Source: Octopus bimaculoides (lineage: Eukaryota). Taken from it: a stretch of DNA of 64,000 bases. Each line of letters starts with the position of its first letter. The first letter of the stretch is position 1. The stretch spans positions 34,734,036-34,798,035 of the forward strand of contig NC_068987.1 of NCBI RefSeq assembly GCF_001194135.2. Reading direction: 5' to 3'. The translations under genes were made by a program, and so were the position numbers. This document shows positions 12,873-24,538 of the stretch, in pieces. The notes beneath the pieces are model-generated. The model was not told the DNA's origin, made no database searches, and worked only from the letters and a program-made list of their open reading frames with translations.

Positions 12873-15467
12873 TTTTTATTATAGCCACACAGGGCTAAAT
12901 ACAGAAAATGGACAAATTACAAAGTAGACCTTTTCGGGGGGGGGGCGGATAATTTCGATCAAAAGGGATCGCGGAAAAAAAAAGGTGGGTATTTTGATCA
13001 AAAGGGATCGCGGGAACAAAGAAAAAAAAACAAAAAAACGTGGGTGAGGGGCGATCAATAGGGATCGTGTATCAGTCAATGTAAAAAAACCTGGAACAGA
13101 TTAGGTTTNNNNNNNNNNNNNNNNNNNNNNNNNNNNNNNNNNNNNNNNNNNNNNNNNNNNNNNNNNNNNNNNNNNNNNNNNNNNNNNNNNNNNNNNNNNN
13201 NNNNNNNNNNNNNNNNNNNNNNNNNNNNNNNNNNNNNNNNNNNNNNNNNNNNNNNNNNNNNNNNNNNNNNNNNNNNNNNNNNNNNNNNNNNNNNNNNNNN
13301 NNNNNNNNNNNNNNNNNNNNNNNNNNNNNNNNNNNNNNNNNNNNNNNNNNNNNNNNNNNNNNNNNNNNNNNNNNNNNNNNNNNNNNNNNNNNNNNNNNNN
13401 NNNNNNNNNNNNNNNNNNNNNNNNNNNNNNNNNNNNNNNNNNNNNNNNNNNNNNNNNNNNNNNNNNNNNNNNNNNNNNNNNNNNNNNNNNNNNNNNNNNN
13501 NNNNNNNNNNNNNNNNNNNNNNNNNNNNNNNNNNNNNNNNNNNNNNNNNNNNNNNNNNNNNNNNNNNNNNNNNNNNNNNNNNNNNNNNNNNNNNNNNNNN
13601 NNGCATCATTAACCACGGCATCCCCAGTCCTTCATGTAACGGTTCTTGACAGCAAATGGATCGCCTCACCATCGGAACGCCACCCTTCCACAGAAAGCGG
13701 AAAAGTATGCGTTCTAGTTTCGTGATGGTGGCATCGGGACAAGGCACGACGGTCAGGCGGTAATCGATGACTGATGCGATATACACATTAGCCACCTCGG
13801 CCCGCCCTTTTAGGGATAACTTTCTCTCAGCCCATGTTTGGCTGAGTTTGATCACTCTACTGGTGATCTCGTCCCAGTTCTTATCCATTTGGAGGTCCGG
13901 ACTGAACCAGACCCCGAGCAGTTTAACCGGTCCATCCGTCCAGCGTCCCATTACGGAGTCACTGTTGGACGGTATGGGCTTCCTTCTCCAGGTGTCGAGT
14001 AACAAACCCACTGACATTTCCGGGTTAATTTTTGCTCCTGTCACCGTTTCGTATTCTTTAAGTGTCTCGCCTAGCATCTCGACGTGCTTTTCGGTCGACA
14101 CTATGACGGTGACATCGTCCGCATATGCAGACACGCTCGTCCCGCAACTAAGCTCTCGTGGGATACCCCTCAGTGTCGCCAGCTTCCACAGTAGTGGTTC
14201 GAGCGTCAATACATACAGAAGCGCCGACAGGGGACATCCCTGGCGGACCGAACGCGTGATGTCGAACGGTTTTGACAGATGACCGTTTACCCGAATTACC
14301 GATCGGATGCCGCTANNNNNNNNNNNNNNNNNNNNNNNNNNNNNNNNNNNNNNNNNNNNNNNNNNNNNNNNNNNNNNNNNNNNNNNNNNNNNNNNNNNNN
14401 NNNNNNNNNNNNNNNNNNNNNNNNNNNNNNNNNNNNNNNNNNNNNNNNNNNNNNNNNNNNNNNNNNNNNNNNNNNNNNNNNNNNNNNNNNNNNNNNNNNN
14501 NNNNNNNNNNNNNNNNNNNNNNNNNNNNNNNNNNNNNNNNNNNNNNNNNNNNNNNNNNNNNNNNNNNNNNNNNNNNNNNNNNNNNNNNNNNNNNNNNNNN
14601 NNNNNNNNNNNNNNNNNNNNNNNNNNNNNNNNNNNNNNNNNNNNNNNNNNNNNNNNNNNNNNNNNNNNNNNNNNNNNNNNNNNNNNNNNNNNNNNNNNNN
14701 NNNNNNNNNNNNNNNNNNNNNNNNNNNNNNNNNNNNNNNNNNNNNNNNNNNNNNNNNNNNNNNNNNNNNNNNNNNNNNNNNNNNNNNNNNNNNNNNNNNN
14801 NNNNNNNNNNNNNNNNNNNNNNNNNNNNNNNNNNNNNNNNNNNNNNNNNNNNNNNNNNNNNNNNNNNNNNNNNNNNNNNNNNNNNNNNNNNNNNNNNNNN
14901 NNNNNNNNNNNNNNNNNNNNNNNNNNNNNNNNNNNNNNNNNNNNNNNNNNNNNNNNNNNNNNNNNNNNNNNNNNNNNNNAAACAAGTCTGGCATTTGACA
15001 ATACAGCTCGTAGGGTAGACCATCCAATCCAGGCGACTTATCCCTCGCGCAGCCCGCCATAGCATCCCTTACTTCAGCAGCTGTGATGGGACCCTCACAA
15101 CACTCTGCCTCTCCCGCCGAGAGCCGCGGCAGGCCGGTCAGGAAGGCAGTGAAGTCCATCCTGCGTTCCGACCCACCGCTCGCACCGAACAGTCGAGCAA
15201 AGTGCTGTTGAAAGGCTCCACACATCCTTTCGGGTTCGAGCAAACTACAACCCTGTTCATCGATTAGAGATCGAATGGTGGCTCTGTTACTGCGTTGCGC
15301 CTCCGCCACCCGGGCTTCTCGCGCAGCTTCGATCCCTTCGTTCCTTAAGGCACGCATTTTAGCTCNNNNNNNNNNGCTTCGATCCCTTCGTTCCTTAAGG
15401 CACGCATTTTAGCTCTGACGACGCAACCTTCGTGTTTGGCGTTGAGGTGTTGGTCGAGGGCCATCCT
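12873..15467 (-). mobile_element. 5'-truncated Tx1/L1-clade LINE (ORF2 RT region + 3' UTR) with 10-bp TSD CCTCACTATC
   Basis: Minus-strand translation gives KSPGLDGLPYELY, SVRQGCPLSALLY, YADDV (14114-14125), KLLGVWF, LSLKGRAEV and GLGMP, with no stops in the sequenced parts. The 3' end has AATAAA plus a short A tail. The TSD lies at 12863-12872 and 15468-15477. About half the element is N gap. Confidence 0.92.
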
Positions 15468-15784
15468 CCTCACTATCCTAAATGGTAACTTTTATTTCTA
15501 AAGACATTAACCATCTTTAAAATACCACTTATACTACCCCTCCCATTGATCTACTAGCTCTCCATTTCCACTACTAATTCTGTCAATACCCTGTTCATTC
15601 ACACCCCATCTGCTTCACTTTCAATTACTAGCTCCTACATTTCCCACACCACGATTGAACCACCTACTTCCTCCTGCTACTAGTACTTACTTGCTTTCTC
15701 CTACACCCATTTGACCTTTAAATTTCTTTTCATGATAATCAGATACATTAGATTACATTTTTTTTTTTTTGCTTCCGTTAATGC

Positions 15785-16056
15785 TTGTACATTGTTGGTG
15801 AATTACAACTGCCAACATTATGGAGAAACTCTGAGCCCCTGAAACAGCTGTCAGACTATATATACATACACACACACACACACANNNNNNNNNNNNNNNT
15901 ATATATATATATATTGATAGAGCAAACTTACTCAGATTACATGGACTCAAAGAATTAAATGGGAGAACGTATGGTGTTAGAAGTCCGACACCTATTTCTG
16001 GGGGACTCAGAGTTCCTTCATAATGTTGGCAGATGTAGTTCACCAAATATTTACAA
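15785..16056. mobile_element. MITE-like element with ~50-60-bp imperfect terminal inverted repeats around a microsatellite
   Basis: tggtgaattacaactgccaacattatggagaaactctgagcccctgaaa (15796-15844) versus the reverse complement of 15995-16045, tggtgaactacatctgccaacattatgaaggaactctgagtcccccagaaa. Confidence 0.65.
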
Positions 16057-16865
16057 CCAGTAACGGAAGCAAATAAAAATTGGAATCTAATGTATCAGAT
16101 TATTTCCCTTCGCAAATACTAATCGGACACAGACAGTATGTCGTTAGCTAGCTGGAGGAGAGTCTACCTGGGTCTATAAACAACAGTAGCATCACCAGAC
16201 TATAAATAACAGTAGCATCACACATAGATATATGTATATATATGTACGTATATATATGTACGTATACACACACACACACCCACATATTTGTTTCTCTGAT
16301 TATTTCTGGTTTTGTGCTTTTAAATACTAACACGCACGTACGCGCGCACGCACACGCACACAAACATGTGTATGTGTGCGTTTTGTGTTAGTAAGTAAGA
16401 AAGTAAAACAAGAAATCATGAACAAACACACTGCATATTGAGAATCCCACACTTATGTCTTTCATCGCAGGTGCAAATGCCAGTACAAAAACATTGAATA
16501 TTTTATAGAATATTTCAGTAAGTTAAGGTCTAGAAATTCTACATTCTTTATGTACAGAGCAATTTAATAATAAATTAACAAATAAGTCAGAAATGATAAT
16601 CTACTATACAGTGTCTTATATCTTATTGTAATGGGCGTTATCTCAATCGGCTGAACCGCTGCTCACCATGATTTTCGAGATTGCGAAGGAGATAATCAGG
16701 AAGGCTTTTAACAAACAAAAAAAGTGATAAAGTGTGATTATTTTGTGGATATTGAGTTTTGTATTAATAAATTACCTTTGATTTTTTGTTGTATTGCCCA
16801 TGAATTGAGAGGGTTTACATTTACGATAGTATCCCTTCATTTCCCATCATAGATATGCAGATTTG

Positions 16866-17713
16866 CTACCTTATTATAATGAGAATTATATCAGTCTCTC
16901 TGTCTCTTTGTCTGTTCCCTCTTCACGGCCAGACTGCTGGACCAATGGTTACGATATTTTTCAGGATTACAAAAACGGTCGTCAACAAGGATTTTAAGGC
17001 TAAAATATCAGAAATTATGATCATTTCGTGGATATCGATTTTTGAATCGATAAACCACATTCGCATTTTTTATCAAAAATTCACCGACCACGATTACCTC
17101 TGGATTTTCACCGAATAATTCGTAGCCCTATCGTAGATACGAAGGGGGTCACGAGGACGGTTAATAAAGAAAATAAAAAGGAAAAAGTGTGTGTCAGTAT
17201 ATAGTGTGTATAACTATTTAGTGGTTATTGAAATGTGTCAGTGTCGGCCAATATTCGAAGCGGCTATTCGAAGCGGCAGTTTTATCACTCAAAATAACCC
17301 ATGGTACCAGAGCATCCAGACATTATTCGCATAGAACAGTGAGAGGTAAGTCTTAGTCTGATTTTTTGGAACCCTAAAGAACCCGCTCGCGCATTAACAG
17401 CAAAAAAGGCACAGGACCAGACTTTAGATCGTGTAGGTGTATTATTACCTACTCCAATGTTTACACACGGCCAGTTATATGTAATTTGAAATGGAGTGTC
17501 GACCAAACAGAAAATAATGTCTAAAAATAAGTTTTGTAATCATATTGATAATATCGAAAGGAATATGATTCATAATTTCAATGAGGGAGTTTCTGAACTT
17601 TGAATCGATAAGGGTATAAACAAGCGTAAAATAGTGTAAACAATTGAAATGAAAGTAAATCTAAATAACATTTTTGTTAATACTTTTTATGTGGTGGTCC
17701 AAGGAAGGTCTAG
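16866..17713 (+). mobile_element. Non-autonomous Helitron derivative with helicase C-terminal remnant
   Basis: About 17390-17540 gives ALTAKKAQDQTLDRVGVLLPTPMFTHGQLYV...QTENNV*K*VL* (cf. AMTINKxQGQxL..VG...HGQLYV...KTxNIVYxEVL). The 5' part resembles Helitron-type starts. CTAG at 17710-17713. Ends are approximate. Confidence 0.65.
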
Positions 17714-18364
17714 CTTTCGTTAGGAGTAGTCCACATAACCATTCATGATACAGAGGCTGGGAGCCTATTTCAGTTCGGAGGTGAATCGAGATCACATGTT
17801 CCTTTGTCGCAAACACGTCATATAGCTGAAATAGAATGCTGTAGCACCAACAATAATGTGATTTCTCTGATATCACCCAGTAATCTCTCAAGTCCATTGA
17901 TACACTTCTCAATACGTACAACTGTTTTGACTTCCCTACCTCATTTTATGCCTCAATAGTAGATGGGTAGATTTGCTACAATTATTAAACCACATTATCG
18001 TGGCTTAATGTCAATACAACCGGTAATATAACCGTCTCTGTATAGCTTCCATTTGAAACAGAATCACATAAAAATATGGATGCACCCTGTATTTTTCTGA
18101 AACAGCCTCGCTGCAACCAATTTAACGTTGCAACTACCTCGTATGAATTTTGATCCAGTTGTAAGTATAGAAAGAGAAAGATTACATAAAAAATTGTAAA
18201 ACATTTCAGCAAAAATATAGGTACGGGATTTGGCATAGATAAGTGCACAGTATTAGATTTGTAGGATTTTTCTGTCAATCTTCCTTATTTCGCTCATATT
18301 CCAGTTCATTGAAACTGTAAATAACAAATGGAACTGCTTAGGAATGTATAGCTAACACCGAGTT

Positions 18365-18500
18365 GCATGCATTTTCGTGGTTAGAAAGATCAACAAAATG
18401 CTTAGCCGTCGCTACTTTCTGATTTCAGATTCCACCAAGGTCGACATTCCATTTCATACTTTCGAGGTCGATGAATTAAGTACCAGTGAAACATGGGAGT
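18365..18500 (+). mobile_element. SINE family B fragment
   Basis: aatgcttagccg...ttccaccaaggtcgac...tttcgaggtcgatgaattaagtaccagt, homologous to 47478-47710. Confidence 0.6.
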
Positions 18501-18579
18501 TCCTCTAATAGATAAGTCACCACTACACAAATTTAAGGCCTTTTGCCCATACTAAAAATAGGATTAGTATTATCATTAC

Positions 18580-18724
<145 letters not shown>

Positions 18725-19635
18725 CAGTAGATTTATTTTTATAGCGTACTTTCACTTCACTACCGAGCGCAGCTCTGTGTGCCTTGGGTATGTGCTGTGG
18801 TTTGCTGTGATGCTCTTATGGCTACTGTATTGAAAGTGTTTTGCTTGAGATGTGTGCAGTGCCTAGTAGTGCAATTTTCTGTATCATATATATACTTGTA
18901 AGTCCTGGTGTTTTTGTTATGTATTTGCCTGAATATTTTTTTATCATACCTAATGCGCCTACTATGATAGGAATTGTTTCTGTTTTAGATTCCACATTCG
19001 AGTTACCTCTATTTCCAGGTCTTTGTATTTTGAAAGTTTCTCCATTTCTTTTAGTGAAACGTTGTCATCTGCTGGTATTGATACATCAATTAGAAAGCAG
19101 TTTTTTCTTCATGATTTCTGATAATTAAGGCATACTGGCCTTAATTTCTCTATCTGTGTGCATTGGCATATCCCAGAGTATGGTTGTTTCTCGCTTTCTG
19201 TTAACGTTTCTGGCGTGTGACTATACCATCTTTTTTCTGTCATTATTCCATAATGCTGGCATAGCTTCCAGTGTATGTAGGTCCCAGCTCTGTTGTATCT
19301 ATGAATATATTCCTTCTTCGCCATGACTGGGCAGCAAGAGATAATATGGTTTATTGTTTCTTGTCCATCGCTACATATTCTGCAGTCACTTGTTATGTTT
19401 CTTTTCATTATATGTTTTTGCTAATTTCTTGTGGGGAGGCTTTGGTCTTGTGCAGCAATTAAAAATCCTACAGTCTTTGCTTTGAGTTCTGATCTTCTCA
19501 ACCATTACTGTGGTTTTTCTCTGTGTATTTCGTTTGCATTTAGTTTAGACTAGTTTTAGCCATGAAGGGGCTTTTCTTGACATCGTTTCATCATGGTCCG
19601 TTGCTGGTCTAATTTTAGCTTGGATTTCATTTGTT
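18725..19635 (-). mobile_element. R4/Dong-like LINE 3' part (zinc knuckle + RLE endonuclease + 3' UTR), pseudogenised
   Basis: GFLIAAQDQ...CRICSDGQETINHIISCCPVMAKKEYIHRYNR...HWKLC (CCHC / RHD-like). Near-identical along its length to 38790-39407. Confidence 0.9.
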
Positions 19636-19875
19636 TTATAGATTTTGTTGGTGTTTCTTCTTCTTCTTCTTCTTCTTCTTCTTCTTCTTCTTCTTCTTCT
19701 TCTTCTTCTTCTTCTTCTCCTCTTCCTCCTCCTCCTACCCTCCTTATTATCTCCTCCTCCTCCTCCCCCTCCTTATTATTCTCCTCCCCTTCCTCCTCCT
19801 CCTTATTATTCTCCTCCTCTACCTCCTCCTCCTCCCCCTCCTCCCCATCCTTATTATTCTCCTCCCTACCTTATT
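19635..19875. repeat. (TTC)n + (TCC)n with 4 CCTTATTATTCTCCTCC-like units
   Basis: Seen directly; the minus strand reads as Glu-rich EENNK repeats. Confidence 0.9.
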
Positions 19876-19879
19876 TGTA

Positions 19880-20300
19880 ATGCAGTTATTACCTTTTACT
19901 ATAGGTTCTTTTTCGTTTGATCTGTATCTATTATGTTGTGGTATGTTTCACCTACTGCTTGGTCTTTCTTTTCCGGTTCTCTTGCGATCTCGTCCACCTC
20001 CAATTCTGTCATCCAATTTCTTTTCCTAATAGCATTAGCTTGATCTACTAGTTTCTCTTTAGTAATTTTAAACATACCCTTATCAAACCAATATGTTAAC
20101 ATTCCTTTTCTATAGCCCCTTCTTTTACTTTCACTTTCTAAGTAGTAATGTATCATTCCTGTTTTCTTCACTGGTCTACTTCATCCTCTTTAAACTATTA
20201 TATGCTGAGGCTGTCTTAGGTTAACAGTTGTGGACATGCTCTCAAGTGAGCTTCCCTTAAAGGTTCAACCTCATTTTCGTGGTAACACCAGACTTTACAC
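19880..20300 (-). pseudogene. R4/Dong-like LINE N-terminal ORF fragment
   Basis: KRMK*TSEEN...YYLESESKRRGYRKGMLTYWFDKGMFKITKEKLVDQANAIRKRNWMTELEVDEI resembles the N-terminal motif of R4/Dong ORFs (recalled, not searched). Confidence 0.7.
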
Positions 20301-21039
20301 ACAAACTCTTGTCTCTCAAAAATTGAGGTGAGTTAACGTTCGTCACCATCGTCATCACCACTATTAGTGTTCAATATTTTATAGTTTTAAGCAACTTTCT
20401 ATTGCATCATTTCCTGCACTTTTGTGCTGGTGGGTGTGTGCTTGATTTTTCCCTTTCTTTTTATTTTTGTATGCTTTGTTATGCGTTTGGTCTAGGTTTT
20501 CTGCTGTATTAGTTTTTGTATTGTATGTTTTGTACAGCAGGTTGTGTTCTTCTTTCAGGTGTTGGACTTCTATGGCAAATATGGATTTTTTTTTATTTTT
20601 GGGTGGGTGTATACTCTATGAAATTATTCCTGTAAGTTATTCGCGGAGTGTATATTGGTATGTGTATATCATAAATTAGCCATTTCATTGTATTCGCGGT
20701 TATCTGTCCATCATTCTTTTCTTTTTGTGGTTTTGTTATGGGACCTTCTTTATAGCCTTTACTTTTTGACAGAACACCGCACATGGTGTTTATGATTATT
20801 TTTGGTGTATAAGCGTGATACTGAGAAGAAACAGCAATGCGCATATATATATATATAGAGAGGGTTTGTATATATACGGATGGGTACATATGTGATTAAT
20901 ATATGATTAAAATCTTACAGGTAAACACAGTTTTCGCATAGAGGTATTACAGTCCATGTGTTTACATTTTCACACGCGTTTTGTTGTGGCGGCGCATCTG
21001 AGGCAAGCTATTGTATACACACACACACACACATAAACA

Positions 21040-21900
21040 CGTGCCAATATCCTCAAATCTCGTGAATCATTCATATGGTTTTTGCAGAATACAGGAGCCC
21101 ACTTTTTGGCATGTCAAAAATGTGACTCACAAATTTCAATATATTTCAGTCTCGTAGGTAATAGTTTGAGTGTAGTGATAATTGCACCATGGGTATAGGT
21201 GTCTTGGTTTTCTATAATCTCTTCAAATCTTTGGTTATGTCCTTATATTTCTCACTTATTTTTTTAAAAATCCTTTAGTGCATTCTGTTACTGTAAGAGA
21301 TTACAAAGTCAATGTTCTTACGCTATTTGCATATTTTGTCCTCCATAATCGTATCTTTTTTTTACTTGCTGCAATAGAATGGTCCATCTTTATGAGGAAG
21401 GTCCGTAAGACCATGTAATTCTTATTCACTATTAACATCCTCTAGTTTTGTTCATAACGCTTACCTGGTATCTCGAAATCATTCGCTCGGCTAAGATTGC
21501 AGTACCCTCATTTACTTATGCAGTGATGCCTGGGATTATACACTTTTGATGCCAGCTTACTGCATTCACTCAAGTGAAGGTTACTATATTCGTATACTTT
21601 CTACATTTGCTCTCCAGTTGAGTTATGTATATCATCACTTTTATTACATTCACCCAAATGGCTTGATCCTAAGTAGCTATAATTAGCGCTTCGTGTAACG
21701 ACCGTCAGCTATATCTGACATACTTTAGCTTCATCATCGTTGGTCTGATGCAAGAATTGGCAACGTAATTATGTTTCTTTCCATCTGTTTACCTTGTTGT
21801 TTTTCCTTCTGTTCTTGATTTCGCCTACAGTTTCAGCAACCTTCTCGGTATATCTCGATGCCGATAGTATTTATTCCTCACTCTGCCTACCATAAGCTTC
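21040..21900 (-). pseudogene. Old R4/Dong-like LINE C-terminal remnant
   Basis: With frameshifts: HLSECSKLASKVY(K)RH...; EKYKDITKDLKRL*KTKT.IP...; SGLLYSAK. Confidence 0.6.
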
Positions 21901-23047
21901 CAACCCCAGCAGCATAGAGGAGTTTTCCGAAATGAAAACTGTAAGCATCACATGAGAAGTATGTTTAAGAGCTGTTACATATAGAAGCAGAAAACATCGA
22001 AATGTATTCAGTGTAGGATATCCAAAAACAGGAAAGAAAAAAAGAATCAGCAACATAATATTGTTCATTTTGTTCCGATGATGGCAGAAGATACTTGTCT
22101 GTCCTGGGCAAAAGAAGCTGCAATGTTCTCATGACAAAAATCGAGCCATGAAAACAAAATACCCCGTCGTGGCAACTGCATTGAAGACAAGCAGAGACAA
22201 CCACACAATAACAGATGTAACGTCTATTCTACGAAAGTACAGACAGTCATAACCTCACCGCAGCACAAACGCATCCAGTTGTCAAGGAGCAAACATATTA
22301 AATATATCAAACTGCTACAATGCTTCCTTCTACCAACAACTTTGTAAATATTTATATATAGTACATTTCTAATATGAGAAATGTTATACATTGTCAGTCA
22401 TTTAAGGACAGTGAAACCAACTGTCTTTTGAAATTGAAGTGGAAATGATTGTAACATATCTTCATGGAAAGCATACAGACACTCATCTACAATATGAAGC
22501 ATTATCGGTTGAAATACACATTTTAATGAAGAGATTTTCAAAGAAAAGGATCAAAATGTCTCATGAAAATAACATAAATTTAACATGTTAGCAATTGACA
22601 AACTCAACATATATTTCACCTGTCAATTATGAATGTAACATTTCTGGACACTATTTGAATTATTCCTACAAGAGTTGTAATCATATATATTCTAATTTTG
22701 AGTGAAAAGTTCATGACAGAAGTATTTTCATCTCATAGTTAGTAGTCGCTTCTCGAGGCAACTTCATCACAGCAGCATAAATATATTGGATTATTCAGTG
22801 ACATGTATTACACCTTTATATCTTTTCGAATAAATCCGATAAAATCATCAATTGCACATTCTAGAATGGGCACAACTCAATTCGTATTTACATCAAACGC
22901 ATTGATTGACCCAGACTCTATTTGAAAAATCCACTATAACATGTGTGTGAAACTAATTTCGAACATAGTATATCTAGTTATAAGTTTTGTACTTAAGAAT
23001 TTTAGGCAATTTATACAATAGCCAAGAAATGAAAAGTATGCAAACAC

Positions 23048-23078
<31 letters not shown>

Positions 23079-23935
23079 NNNNNNNNNNNNNNNNNNNNNN
23101 NNNNNNNNNNNNNNNNNNNNNNNNNNNNNNNNNNNNNNNNNNNNNNNNNNNNNNNNNNNNNNNNNNNNNNNNNNNNNNNNNNNNNNNNNNNNNNNNNNNN
23201 NNNNNNNNNNNNNNNNNNNNNNNNNNNNNNNNNNNNNNNNNNNNNNNNNNNNNNNNNNNNNNNNNNNNNNNNNNNNNNNNNNNNNNNNNNNNNNNNNNNN
23301 NNNNNNNNNNNNNNNNNNNNNNNNNNNNNNNNNNNNNNNNNNNNNNNNNNNNNNNNNNNNNNNNNNNNNNNNNNNNNNNNNNNNNNNNNNNNNNNNNNNN
23401 NNNNNNNNNNNNNNNNNNNNNNNNNNNNNNNNNNNNNNNNNNNNNNNNNNNNNNNNNNNNNNNNNNNNNNNNNNNNNNNNNNNNNNNNNNNNNNNNNNNN
23501 NNNNNNNNNNNNNNNNNNNNNNNNNNNNNNNNNNNNNNNNNNNNNNNNNNNNNNNNNNNNNNNNNNNNNNNNNNNNNNNNNNNNNNNNNNNNNNNNNNNN
23601 NNNNNNNNNNNNNNNNNNNNNNNNNNNNNNNNNNNNNNNNNNNNNNNNNNNNNNNNNNNNNNNNNNNNNNNNNNNNNNNNNNNNNNNNNNNNNNNNNNNN
23701 NNNNNNNNNNNNNNNNNNNNNNNNNNNNNNNNNNNNNNNNNNNNNNNNNNNNNNNNNNNNNNNNNNNNNNNNNNNNNNNNNNNNNNNNNNNNNNNNNNNN
23801 NNNNNNNNNNNNNNNNNNNNNNNNNNNNNNNNNNNNNNNATTTTTGTATGTAATATAATTTTAATCTTCGGATGTTTTTAATATGCTAGACCACTGGTTT
23901 TAATTGATTAATATAAATTTCTACCCCCATTAATA

Positions 23936-23971
<36 letters not shown>

Positions 23972-24059
23972 TTAGAGAAAAGAACCGACGTTCATGAACT
24001 CATCCATGAAAATACACAGTCACATATAGAAAAATATTTATATATTTTATACTGTGAAA

Positions 24060-24538
24060 CTTAATTTAATTTTAATTTTTGATAAATTGAATTTAATTGA
24101 GTTTTTCCCTGTAAATTTACCTGTAAATTCCGCAACATGTGCATCGACAACAGATTAAAAACTCTGACTTCTGCCAAATACCACTGAGTAACCATCTGGC
24201 AACATCTGGTCGTGAAACTTTTATGATATTTCCATTACGTAAACATTACAACCTGAATGAAATTGAGAGAAAACACAAACAAACAATGATTAAATTAACA
24301 AACAATGATTAAATTAATCTTACTTGGGGTTGAAAAATCTTATGTCTATAACTAAAACAAAATGCCTCAAATGTCATCATTTCTAAAAATAAACTTGGCA
24401 TCATTTCTAAAAATAGCCAAATACCTACTGCTGCTCTCCAAAGGAATAGGTATGAAAGACAAAAGAACAGCCAGTCTGTGACAGTGCATCTGACGGACGG
24501 GACCTTGATGAATGCTATGAGGCATGAAATATACTAGT
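24060..24538 (+). mobile_element. Possible non-autonomous Helitron-like fragment
   Basis: Ends in a weak ATGC-N6-GCAT hairpin followed by ATACTAGT; contains several small tandem duplications. No coding homology seen. Confidence 0.25.

Noticed and set aside
15326-15415. 40-bp direct repeat flanking a 10-N gap inside the Tx1 ORF
   Set aside because: 15326-15365 equals 15376-15415 exactly across a minimal gap, which is typical of unmerged contig overlap.
19645-19920. Extensin-like SPPPP/YYSPP ORF
   Set aside because: It is the antisense reading of a (TTC)/(TCC) low-complexity tract inside a retrotransposon; there is no real start, signal peptide or splice context.
20400-20880. Strongly strand-biased T/G-rich tract resembling 5150-5520 in composition
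   Set aside because: The similarity could be purely compositional; no reliable alignment by eye.
22987-23853. Long ORF-track entries spanning N runs (also 353-873, 48885-49698, 55915-57255 and others)
   Set aside because: Their length comes from X residues over assembly gaps and dinucleotide repeats.
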